Part shown: piece by piece, positions 33,506-44,836 of the stretch
How positions within the stretch are numbered: the stretch's first letter is position 1
Layout: the number at the start of each line of letters is the position of its first letter
Assembly (NCBI GenBank): GCA_014905635.1
Contig: JABVCE010000044.1
Location: forward strand, 1-64,000
DNA length: 64,000 nt
Direction: 5' to 3'
Source of the DNA: Scenedesmus sp. PABB004
Lineage: Eukaryota
Program-made: the position numbers and the translations under genes
The notes under the pieces: generated by a model
What the model saw: only the letters and a program-made list of their open reading frames with translations
What the model was told of the DNA's origin: nothing
Database searches by the model: none

Positions 33506-34019
33506 TCGCCCTTGTACCCCGCGAATACCACCGCGACGCCCTGGACGCCAACCGACCGCATTCGCAGCCGCCCCGCACGCCGCTGAGCCCGGCGGCCCCT
33601 CGCGGCGTGTGGGCGCGGCGGGGGCGGCGCCTTCGCCGCCGCCGGCGCGCCCTCCCGCGGCGCCCAGGGCCCCCGGGGCCAGGCCGCAGCGCGGGTGAGC
33701 TCAAGACAGACAGCTGCACGCCCTGACGAGCGTGCGAGCTGCTGCCGTGCGGGCCGCGCGGCTCCGTCGGGGTCGCCGCCAGCGCGCGCCGCGCCGCCTT
33801 GCCGCGCAGGCGGCGTGTCGCGCGGCGCCTGTTGCATCCGCACCAGCGGTGTCCCACCCCCATCCCAGCAATCAAATCGTGGTGTGCGCCCGCGTGCGTT
33901 GCGAATGTGCAGCTGAGGCGTGGTGCTTGCCCCCCCCCCCCCCCCCCCCAGCGCAGCCGAGTTGCGCAGTCGCGCTGGCAGTTGCGCGGCTGTACAGTTG
34001 CGCAGGGCCGGCTCGCCCC

Positions 34020-36441
34020 TCACGGCTTCGTCGCCCGCCCCGCTGCGCGCGTGCCCCACACCTCCTGCTGCTCGTGCAGGCTCCAGCCGCCGACGTCCTG
34101 CCAGTCCGAGGCGTTCTCCGGCGGCGCCGCGCCGTCCAGGTGCGCCTGGATCGTGGCCAGCTCGACGTAGCTGATGAACGGCCCTGGCACACCGCGGCGG
34201 CGGCGGCGGCGGTCGGCCGCCGGGCCCAGCGCGCGCGCGGCGGCGCGGGCGGGCAGCAGCGCTGGCGGGTGAGCGGCGCCGCGGCAGCGCGGCCGCCGCA
34301 CCGCCCATGATGCTGCCGAGGAAGAGGCGGCCGCGGTGCTCCGTCGCGGCGCTCGCGGTCGCCACGCGCGCGCCGGTGGGGTCGAGCAGCAGCTGCAGGA
34401 TGCGGCCCTCGGGGGTGATCTGGTTTGGCGCGGCGCGGCGCATGGAGCCGCGGGCGCCGCCGCCGCCGCAGCGCCGAGCACCGAGCGCCGGCGCCGCCGC
34501 CGCCGCCGGCGCCGCCGTCGCCGCACCTTCAGCACCGCGCCCCACACCTTGACCGGCGGCCGCCAGCTGCGCGGCATCCACGCGATCAGCGTGCGCAGCA
34601 GGACCGGGCGCAGCCGCCTGCGCCCCGCGCAGCGGCGGCGGCGGCGGCTCAGGGGCTGCCGGGGCGCTGCCGCAGCCCGCCGGCGCTGCCGCGGCGCGCG
34701 CCGGCCCCGCGCGCGCACTTGCTGTAGGGTGGCACTGGGACGGTCATGCTCAGCCAGTAGTTGCCGTCCGAGGCGCGCGAGAGCCCCGCGGGCAGCCCCG
34801 GCAGCGAGTGCACGACCACCTCGCGGCTGCCCGCCTGCGTGCGCGAAGCTGCTGCTCAGGCGGCGCCGGGCGCCGCGCGGCCGGCGCGCCAGGCGCGGCC
34901 GGCGCGGCGCGGCCGTGGCGCGGCCGTGGCGCGGCCGCCGCGCCTTGTCGCCGGTGAGCCAGAGCTTGACCACGCGCAGCGCGTCGGTCTCGACGACCAG
35001 CAGGTAGGAGCCGTCGGCCGCGAGCGCGACGCCGTCGGAGTAGTAAAACCCAGACGCGACGACCTCGGTGCGCGCGCGCGGCCGCAGCGGGCCGGCGGGG
35101 TGGTGCACGAGCACGCGCCCCCTGCGGCGCGCGCGCGCGGGCGGCGCGGCGCGGCGCCTCGGCCGGCGGCGAGCGCGCGCACGCGGCGGGCCGAGCGGCA
35201 GGGCGCGTGCGGCGCGGCGCGGCGCGGCGCTGCCGCGCGGGCGGGCGGGCGCCGCCTGCTCGGCCGCGCGGCCGCTCACGCCGGCAGCGCGCGGAAGTAG
35301 CTGAGCGCCCAGGCAAAGCCGGTGTCGTAGCTGCCGTCGCGCGCGCGCGCGGGCAGGATGTCGGTGGAGCTCGTGAAGAAGATGGACCCGTTTGGCGCGA
35401 GGTCGAGGCCGTTGGCGTAAAAGATGGGCGCCCCGGGCGGCGCGCCCGGCGGCGCGCCCCGCGGCGGGCTCACGCGCGCCGTGAGCTGCTCGAGGCGGCG
35501 GCTCGTCGTGTTGAGGCGCATCAGCCCCTGGTGCGGGCGGCGCGGGCGCGGGCGGCGCGGGCGCGTGGAGCACGGCGCGTCTGGGCCGTCCGCGGCAGGC
35601 AGCAGGCTCCTGCGGTCGCCGCCGCCGCCGCGGCGGCACCTTGAGCACGTCACACATCACCAGGTTGCCCTCCGCGTCGAGCTTGTTGCCGAGCACACGC
35701 CCCGGGCCCAGCTGCGCGACGGGCGACGCGCGCAGCGCGTAGCCGCCGCCCGGCTGCGGCGTCGCCTCGTGCACGTCGCCCCACTTGTCGGGCAGCAGCA
35801 GCCGCCCGGTGCGGCTGTCCACGCTCACGGTCTCTGGAGGGCGCGCGCGGGACGCCGCGCGCGTGAGCGCCGGGCGGAGGCAGCGCCGCGCGCTGCCCGG
35901 CAGCGAGCTGCCAGGCCGCCGCACCTACGCCGTGCAGCTGGCCCTCAAACAGACGCACCGCATGCTGCTGCAGCAGGCGGTTCAGCAGCGACGCCTGCGC
36001 GGGGGCGGGGCAAGCGGTGAGCGAGCGCCCGCGCCGCCGGCAACCGCTGCGCCAACCGAATGCGCGCGCACGTCTGTCGCTGGCGCGGCGTTCTGCGCCC
36101 ACGGCGCGTCAGCACGCCAGGCGTGGACGTGGGAGTCCGCGGCGGGGTGCGGCAGCGGCAGCCGGACCACGCCTGCGCGGGCAGCGGACGGCGGGCGGGC
36201 GGCAGCGGCACTCTGGCGGCGCCCGGGGCCGCATCCGGCGGCGCCGCCACGGCCGTGCGTGACAGGGCGCTGTGGTGGCTCCGCCAGGGCGCACCGCGGT
36301 CGACGAGCAGCGACGCGAGCACGGCGGCGAGGACACATGCTGCCGACGCGCGCCACAGGCCTGCACCAGCGCGCGGCGCGCGGCGTGAGTGCCGCCGCGC
36401 CCGAGACGAGGCCCCAACACCAGCGCACGCGCACCCGGCAT
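34020..36441 (-). CDS. Strictosidine synthase-like / APMAP-like beta-propeller protein
   Basis: Spliced N-terminus MPGLWRASAACVLAAVLASLLVDR (signal anchor); LGPGRVLGNKLDAEGNLVMCDVLKGL; PIFYANGLDLAPNGSIFFTSST; GFYYSDGVALAADGSYLLVVET; RVVKLWLTG; ATEHRGRLFLGS. Confidence 0.88.
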
Positions 36442-37632
36442 GCCGCAACCCGCCAGCCAAGGCAGCGCGGTGCTGCTGCCGCCACTGCGCGCCCTGCTCG
36501 GTGTCAGGCGAGCGACGACCGACCGGGTGGGAGGGAACAGGGGCGCTGCGCGGCGCCGAGCCCGACGACACAGGGAGCGCGGCGGTGCAGGGCGCAAGCG
36601 TCGGCGGCACTGTCGCACCTGGCGTCACCGTCGCCGTCGGACACCGCCGGCAGCCCAGCCAAGGGGAGTAGACCCCGACGCTGTGCAGCCTGCTGGCGAA
36701 CGGCGGCGGCGCCGCGCCGGCGCGTCGGGCCAGCACGCAGCTGGGCCAGCTCGCCTGGTTGCGCAGCGGGCCAGCTACAGCTGGTACAGCTGGCGTCCGA
36801 GCTTGCCGTGACGCAACGCGCAGGCGACGAACGTGCGCGAGCGAGCACCGGCCCGTGCACCGTCAGGGCCACGCGTCCCAGGCCGCGCGCGACCGGCACG
36901 GCGCCACCGGGCCTGCCGGCTGGGACGCCGCTGCGGGCGGCAGCACCTCGCGTGCAGCAGCAGGCTCCGGCGCAGCGCTGCCCGCCCCGGGCGGCAGCTC
37001 GGCCGACACACCGGCGCGGAGCAGCGCGGTCGTGGTGACGCGCGCCGGCGCCGCGCCCCCCTGCGCCGCCCGCGCTCCAATCCGCGCGGCCGACAGCGTG
37101 GCGCAGCGCCGCGCGGCCTCGTCTCCATGTCGGGCGGCCCCGGCAGGCCGAGCTGCCACCGCCTGGCACTCCGAGACCAAGGCCCGCCGCGGCCTGCCGC
37201 GCGCCCCCGGCCGCGCGCCGGCGCCCGTCAGGGGCGATCGCGACGATCCGCGCCGCCTGGGGCGCCGTCAGGCGCCGCGGCGCGCCGCGCCAGGCGGAGA
37301 GGGAATCTGGGACTGGGGCTTTCTGGCGCTGTTTGCGCGCCCCCGCCCGGGCCCGCTCCCTTGCTCCGCGGCGGCGGCGCGGCGCCCCCCAAACCAACCC
37401 CAGCAGACTAGGACCGCTCCCGACCACCCCGCCGCGCGCCACTAGACTCAGCGCTTCTAGCCCCGCCCGCAGCGCGCGAGAGCACCGCGGCGCCGCAGCG
37501 CTCGCCGGGCCGTGCCGCCGTGACAGGCGCCGCCGGCAGCACAGCGCAGCGCGGGCGGAGGCCGCTCAGGCGGCGCGCAGGCAAGCCGCGCAACCAAAAA
37601 ACAGCGCCGTCGCTGCAGCGGCCGCACGGCAG

Positions 37633-38863
37633 ATGGCGGCCGCCTTCGAGACGCACTTCGCCCAGGTGCGAGCGTTGGCGGCGCCGCGGAGGTCGCGGTG
37701 GGCGGGGCGGCGCGGGCGGCGGACATCGGGGCGGCGAGGCACCCAACGGAGGCTGCGGCGGCCCGGGGCGGGCAGCGGGCCCGGGCCCCGCGCTGCGCGC
37801 TGAGGCGGTCAGCGCGATCCGCGCCCGTGCTAGCCGCGAGGCGGCCCGCTTAGCGCGGCGCGCGCCATCAGCGGCGCTGATGTGCGCGCACCGCGCGCCT
37901 GCCGCCCGCGTGCCCCCCGCTGACCGCCTGATCGCGCGCCGTGCCGCAGGCGGTCAGCCTGGCGGGTACGGACGCCCGCTGCGGCGGCTGTGCCGGCCGG
38001 GCGGAGGCCGAGATGGAGGTTGAGGAGCAGGAGCAGGCCGCGCCGGCGTGCTGGCCCGCCAAGCCGCCGCCCGGCCCGCCCGGCGCGGCGGGATCGAGCC
38101 CCTTCGCGGCGGCCGCGCAGCAGGTGGGGGCGGGCGCGGGGCGCGGGCCAATGTTGGCCCCACTGCCGCCAGCTGCCGGCGCCTCTCGCGCGCGGCGCCG
38201 GCGCGCTGCATAGCTCACACCCCCCGCGCGCCGCGATCTCCCGCCTCTCGCAGGCGGCCGGCGAGAGCCTGCAGCTGGCGGGCGCGGGCGCGGGCGGCCT
38301 TCCCGCCCTGCCCTCGGCCGGCAGCGCCCCGCAGCCCGGCACGCCGCAGCAGTGTCTCCCCGCGATCCGCATCAGCAGAGGCGACAGCGGCGCCAGCGAC
38401 GCGCTCCTGGCCAGCCCGGCGGCGGCCGCCGCCGCGGCGCCGCCCGGCGACGGCGCCGTGGCGCCCGAGCAGGGCTGGTTCTTCAACTGCCGCGGCTGCG
38501 GCTCCATGACCGCCTACGAGCGCCGCATCTGCGACGCCGACGTGCCGTTCTGTCGCCGGTGCGGGGCGGCGGGGCGGGGCGCAGCGGCGGCGGACGGCGG
38601 CGCCCCGGTGCCGGGCCCGCCAGCGGCCACGCACGGCCAGCGCCTGCCCGGCTGCGGCGCGCGCGCGGCCGCGCCGCCGTCCCCGTGTGGCCGCGCCGCC
38701 GTCCCGCCCTGCCCGCGCCGTCGGGGCTGACGCTGCTTTGCCGCTCGGCCGCCGCGCGCGCAGGTGCCAGCACATGCTGTCCGCCGCCGAGCCGGCCATG
38801 CAGGGCAAGATGCTCGACACGCTCATCTATGTGCACCGCGCCTGGGCCAACGCCGGGCTCTGA
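37633..38863 (+). CDS. Hypothetical protein with C-terminal CxxC...CxxC zinc-ribbon-like motif
   Basis: Exons about 37633-37665, 37950-38123, 38254-38558, 38764-38863; ends GWFFNCRGCGSMTAYERRICDADVPFCRRCQHMLS...HRAWANAGL*. Confidence 0.65.
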
Positions 38864-41800
38864 CGGCGCCCGCGCGGAGCCCCGGGCCGCGGCGGCGCCC
38901 ACCCGCGCGCGCGCCCGATCGCGCGACGGCGGCGGCGCGCCGCACCGCGCGCGCGCGCGCAAGCGCGCCCGCTTGCTCTCCAGAGCAGCTGCATTTTGCT
39001 AGCGGCAAGGCTTGTGGCTGGGTACACGACTCGCGTGGTGCGATGGGGCGGCCGCTGCCCGCACGGCTATGACGATTAGCCCCGCGCGCCCTGCCTTTAT
39101 GATTGGCAGGCAGGCGGCGCCCCCGCCGCGCGCACAGTGCAGCGCGACGCGCACCACGCACGCGCACGCGCATCGCCCCAGCCTGTCGCCGCGCCTGTAG
39201 CGCGTGGGCGTGGCCGGGGCGGGCGCGGAGACTGTGAGCGCGCGCGCACCGCCCGCCGCCCGCTGCGCTGGCTCGCCGGCGCGGCGGGCGGGCCGAGGCC
39301 TGCCGCGCGCCCATGGCCTGCTGCTGGCGGCGCTTTGCCTGGCGCTGCACCGGACCTGCGGCTGCCCGCACTTGCACCATCCGCCTGGCTGGAGTCGCGC
39401 GCCGGCCTGGCCGCGACATGAAGAAAATGGATGACCGCCCCGCGGCACGCTCCTCCTAGGGCCGTGCGCGCGCGTGTTCGATTGTGTCAGCCCCTGCAGC
39501 CCCTGCGCTCGCAGGCGGCACCAACGGCCGGCTCTGCCGGCTCTGCCACACGGCGGGGCGGGACGGGACGACCAAGGGCTCCCTTTCCCTCCCTAGGCGT
39601 GGGTCAGCAAACTGTTGTTGTCGTCAGGCAGGCTTGTGTTGTGTGTTGCCATAAGATACAGGACAGGCTAGGTGAGCAAACTGCATTCGGTTGGTGCCGT
39701 CGGCGTCGGCCCGCCGCCTCGGCGACGGTGGGCCGGCGCCAGCACGAGTGTCACTGCGTCGGCGGCGCAGGCACCGCGCCGCCACTGCACACACTGCGCG
39801 AGATGTGCGCCGCGGGGCGCATCGCCCAGGCGCACTCTTGCTCGCACTCGTGGCTGCGGGCGCCGCGCACGGCGCGGGCACGGCGCGGCGCCCGCGGCTG
39901 CACACACTGCGCGACACGCGCAGCGGGCCGGGCCGGCCCGCCCGCCTGACACCCTGACCCCGCGTCTGCGGCGAGCGAGGCAGCACCCCTCCGCGATGAG
40001 GGCGCGCACTCCCGGCACCTGCACCCACGGCCCCAGCCGCCGCGCGCTGCGTCTGCTCGTGGCGCGCGGCGGGCGGGCTGGGGCGCTCAGAGCACCAGGG
40101 CGCTCCCGGCCAGGCGCGGCGCGGCCTGCTGGCTGGGTCGGCGGCTGCGCCTGGCGCGGCGACTGGTTGGCGGCTGACCCCAGCGCATCGGTTGCCACCT
40201 GGGTGGCGCCAACGTTACTGTGCAGTCGCCTCGGCTCCGCCAGGCCTGCGGTGTTTGTGTGGGGATGCCCCACGCTGGCGAAGCACTGTTGACCGTGCCG
40301 GGTTGATGGCGCACGCGGTTTGAGAGCATTGAGCCGGCGCTGTGCGCCGCGACGTGCGCGCCAGCTAGCCGAGCCAAGCAGGCACTAGATCAGCCGTTTG
40401 CGGGCCGCCGGCGGCACAGGCCCGCGCGCGCAAGGGCCCCGCGCCAGGCCAGGGGCACTGCGACGCGCTCCTGGCCTGGCCCCGGGGCGGCTCACCAGAT
40501 CCAAGACGTAGGGAGGGAGCCTCAAAGCACTCCTGTTCGTGTGTGTGTGTGTGCGCGCGCGCATCCCAGGTCAGCCCGCTGCGAAGAGCCGGCCATTTGT
40601 GCATTCCCCGAGACGTACGGTTGGGCTGCGACGACGGCCGCGAAGCTGCGGCCCACGCCTGTGTGATGACGACGACTGTTGTTCTGGGGGCGGCGGCGGT
40701 CGCGCGCGCGCCGCACCCGGCGGCGCGCGCGCCCTGCCTGCCACATGTCATTCACAACCGGCGCGCTGTCGCCGCCGGCGGCGCGCGCACGCGTCGCCGC
40801 CGGCGGCGCAGCGCACCGGCATTGGCTGCTCCAGTTCGTCCGGCTGTGCGGTCCCTTTGGCGCCCCAACACTGTGTGTCCCCTGCGCGCGTCGTCCTGCC
40901 TGTGGCGGGCGGTCCTGCCTGTGGCGGGCGTGCAGCGCGCGGCAGTCGCCCACGGCCGCGGGAATGGGGCGGGGCGGGGGTGCGGAAGGAAGGCGCATAC
41001 GCGACTGTGCTGCGATTGCCCGGCCTTACTGCTGCTGCACGCCCACGGCGTGGTGGTGGTGCGCATGTGGCTCGCACCCCACCGCGTAGCTTTTGTGCGT
41101 CGCTTGCTGCCCGCTAAACTCCCACAAACCACCATCACGCTCTCTTACCTTACCACCACGTGCGCGCCGCTGAGTGAGTGCCTCACCCCACCACCACCAC
41201 CACGGCGCTGCGTGCGGCGGCGCTGCCCGCGCGGAGGCCGCCTGCCCCCCGCACTGCTGCTGCTGGGCACACTTGCGGGGGGAGCTGCCGCGGCTCCCCC
41301 CGCGCTTCAAGAAAGCAGAAAGAAAGGCAAGCAGGATCAGATCAGCGCTGGCTGGGACGGGCACGACTGCTCGTCGGGCGCGCCGCGCTCCCGTGCGGCG
41401 GCGGGCGTGTCTGCGCCGCCCCCCACCACACACGCGGCGGCGCATGCCTGGCCCGTGCGCGTGCCTCGGGCTCGGCCGGCAAGGGCCTGGAGCGCCCTGG
41501 CTGGCCGCGCTCGCGGAAGCAAGCATCTCTTTGTGGGCCGGTGTGTGTCCCCGTGCCGCGCGGGGCCGCCGGGCCCGCGGGGCGCGCATATCTGCCGCGT
41601 GGCGTCGCAAGAGAGTGTGGCTGGCCCGGCGGATGATCCGCGGGCAGCGTTGCCGGAAGGCCCAACCGCGCCTTTTACTCACTGTGGGGCCGGCGGCGCC
41701 ACGAGCAGTTTTGGTGCTGCGCCGCCGCGGTCCCACAGCACGCGCCGCGCGCGCGCGCTCGCCCAGGCCCCCGGGCGTGGGCGGCGGCCGCGCCGCCGCG

Positions 41801-42929
41801 GCTGTACAGCGGTGCGGTGCGCGCGCCTGCAGAAATTTTGCCCGCGTTCGTACAGGGGGGAAGAAGGGGGGGGGGGCGCAGGGGAAGAAGACAAGGGCGC
41901 AGCGTTGCTCTGCCCACCTGCTGCTGCGTGCGTGCTGCTGGGTATCCATGTGCTGCTGCAGCAGCCGGCCCGCGCCGCCGCCGCGCGGCCCGGGCCCGCG
42001 CCGCGCGGGCGCCCCACGGAGGCCTCATTGGCTGTGGATCGGGCGCCCGCGCGGCCACGGCGGCGGCTGCTGCTCCGCGGCCCCGGCCACCACTGCTGCC
42101 GCCGCGCAGCGCGCTCGCGTTGTAATTCAGCTGTGCATGCATGCAGACAGACATGGATGGATGGCGGTCAGTTGGCTGACTGACTCTAAACCCTAAAACC
42201 CTTTTTGTTCTGGCTGGTCGTCGTCGGGCGCTTGACCGCGGCGCCCCAGGCGCGCGCGCGCCGTGTTGGTGGTGTGTGTGTGTCCGGCGAGCTTGCACTC
42301 GCTCGCACCAGACGAGGCTCCGAGGCTCGCTGGCGCTGAGCATCAACGGCGGGGCGGCGGGCTGGACGGGCGGCGGCGCGCGGGGCGCAGCGCAGCGTGG
42401 CCCGCCCGCGCGCGCTCGCGCCCCTCGCCGGCTCCCGCGCGCGACGGGGCGGAGGCGTGCTCGCCCCTGGCCGGGCGCCCCCCGCTCGCCCGGTCGCGGG
42501 CGCGTGTGGCGGGGCTGGCTGTGGAATGGCCGCGGCCCGACCAACGCATGGCTTGGCGCGGCTCTTCTCAGCGCGCGGCATACGTGTGAAGACGAGTCTG
42601 CCTGTATCGCAGTGCTGATGCTGACGATGCCAATCAAGGGCCCCCTCCTGCGTGGCCTGCTGCCTGCATTGCAGGGGCCGCCGTGCCCCTGTGCAGTCTG
42701 CAGTCTGACGACGATGCCGGGCTGCTGCTGCACCTGCTGCTGCACTCTGCTGCACTGTCTCCGCCGGCCTCCGTACGTACGTCAGCCACGCGCTCTCCCC
42801 GCCCCCCGTGTGATCGCCCACCACCCCACGCGCTGCCCTTGCTTGCTTGCTTGTGACTCAACGCGGCCCGACCCCCTGCTCGCGCGCACTGACTGTACGC
42901 TGTGCACATGTGGTGTAACACATCGCGGT

Positions 42930-42934
42930 TTACA
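42930..42934 (-). terminator. Putative TGTAA poly(A) signal of the fasciclin gene
   Basis: TTACA on + about 60 nt past the stop at 42993. Confidence 0.55.
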
Positions 42935-42992
42935 ACTTTGCACGCCGCCGCGCAGTCCGGCGCAGCGCAGCGCAGCGCCGCACGCGCCCCCC

Positions 42993-44310
42993 TCACTCCA
43001 GGGCCTCGCCGGGCGGCAGCAGGTACCAGTTCAGGACGTTGAGGTAGCCCTGCGGTGCACAGCGCCGACGGGCCGCGCGTGGGCGAGCGGCGGCCCGCCG
43101 CGCAGCGCCGGCAGCTTGCCGGCCCAGCCCCCGCCGGCGACCGCCCGCCCGCCCGCCGGCCGCACCTTGCACGCGTAGATGTCGCGCCGCGTGACGTCGG
43201 CGCTGCTGCCCGCGCCGGCGAGCTTGATGCCGCCGCCGCCGCCGCCCACGGTGAGCGTGCTCGCGGGCCCGCCCGGCGCGGCGCGGTGCTCCGTCGGCAG
43301 CCGCGTGCCCGGCACGAGGAAGGGCGAGCTCCAGGCCTCGTAGCCCTCCAGGGGCGGGACGGCATGGTAAGACATGATCGCCGCGAGCTTCCCGGTCAGC
43401 GCCGCGCTGCCCGCGACCGCCGCGCGCCCGCCTGCGGCGGCGCACGCGGCGGCGCGCGTCGGCGCGCGTCACCGCCGCGTGCGTGCGCGCGCGCGCGCGC
43501 GTGTGGTGAGGCGCACCCAGCTTGTTGATGAGGCTGGCCATGGCGTTGTTGTCGGGCGCCATCAGCGTCAGGGCCAGGCCGGGCGACGACAGCGGCGGCA
43601 GCCGGTCCTGCGCGCGGCGCGCGGCGCGCGGCGTGATGCCGCGGGGCGGCCGGGCGGCGCGCAGGCTCGGGCCGGGCGGCGCGCGGGCGGCCCGCGAGCC
43701 CGCCAGCCGGCGCGCAGTCAGGGCAGCGCGCCGCCGGGGCGGGGCTTGGTCAGGCTCACCGCCGTCGCGTTCATGGCCCACGCAAACTCGGTGAGCCCCG
43801 CCGCCTCGGCCGCCGCCGCGAGCGTGGGGCAGCAGGGGCAGCGCCCGCAGGAGATCTGGCACGCGCCTGCCGGCGGCGGCGGCGCGTGGGCGGCAGCGCG
43901 CGGGCGGCAGCGCGTCAGCGGCAGCGCACAGCGCCCCCGGCGTGCGGCCCCGGTGGCCTGCCGCGCGGCCTGGCAGGGGCGGGCACCTTCGGGCACCTCG
44001 CGGATGGTGTCAGCCATGAAGGCCTCGCCGCACTTGCCAAACCGCGCCTGCGCGGCCGCGGCCGCGGCGGCGGCGCGTGCGCGTCAGCCCAACCCAGAGC
44101 GCGCGTGCGCGCGCCGCGCGGCCGCGCCTGCTCCCAGCACGTGAAGTTGACGGTGGCGATGAAGGACGTGCGCGGGTCGACGTCGGTGCAGGTGCAGGGC
44201 AGCGGGTTGGGCGGCTGCGCGGCGGCACGCGGCAGGGCCGCCGCCGCCAGCAGCAGGAGGGCTGCGCCGCGGCGGCGGCGGTGGTGGAGGTGGCGCGCGA
44301 GGCAAGGCAG
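42993..44310 (-). CDS. Secreted fasciclin (FAS1) domain protein with Cys-rich N-terminal module; start codon not resolved
   Basis: Hydrophobic leader AALLLLAAAALPRAAAQ; CTCTDVDP..FTCWEQARFGKC..CQISCGRCPCC; FAS1 motifs LTLMAPDNNAM, IMSYHAVP and DIYACKGYLNVLNWYLLP. Confidence 0.8.
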
Positions 44311-44789
44311 GGCCAGCTGCAGCCAGCAGCGCGGTGGCGGCAGCGCGGGTGGCGCGCGAGGCCAAGGTCGGCGGCGGCAGCAGCTCCACGCGCGCGCGCC
44401 GCCCACCTGCCGCGCAGGAGCCCGCGCTCAGGCGGGCGCGGTCGCGGCCATTAGGCCTCCCGAGCGCGACCATTGCGCGTGGGGAGCGGCTGCGCGGCGG
44501 GGTGGCAGGTGCAGGCGAGCAGCAGCTCCTCGGGCGCGGCGCCGGGCCTCGGCGGGGGGGCTGGGGCGGCAGGCGGGCGGGGATGACGTGCGAGAGCGGA
44601 ATGGCGCCGGCGCGGGCTTTGAGGGAGGGCGGCGGCGGCGGTCGGGCGGCCGCGGCGGCTCGGCGGCGGTTCGGCGGCGGCGCCCCGGCCCGGCGGCGCG
44701 GGCGCGAGCGACTGTGAGTCGCTGTCGAGTTCATGTCTCGCACTGAATAGCACCCTGTCGCGCAACCCACTGTTCTCCGGCTCATCCTG

Positions 44790-44836
44790 CGCCCACACAC
44801 GCGCCGCCCACACACGCGCCGCCCACACACACGCGC
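44790..44836. repeat. Tandem repeat GCCCACACACGCGCC (3 copies) just after the 2OG-oxygenase stop
   Basis: Read directly. Confidence 0.7.

Noticed and set aside
10300..39120. ATGA-containing 3' UTR segments (about 10302 and about 39069) as SECIS elements
   Set aside because: No correct AUGA..AA..GA kink-turn geometry, and no in-frame TGA is needed in the adjacent genes.
42180..42210. CTAAACCCTAAAACCC as a telomerase RNA template
   Set aside because: It is followed immediately by TTTTT, which would terminate a Pol III transcript. No USE/TATA promoter or pseudoknot was recognised. More likely a telo-box or interstitial repeat.
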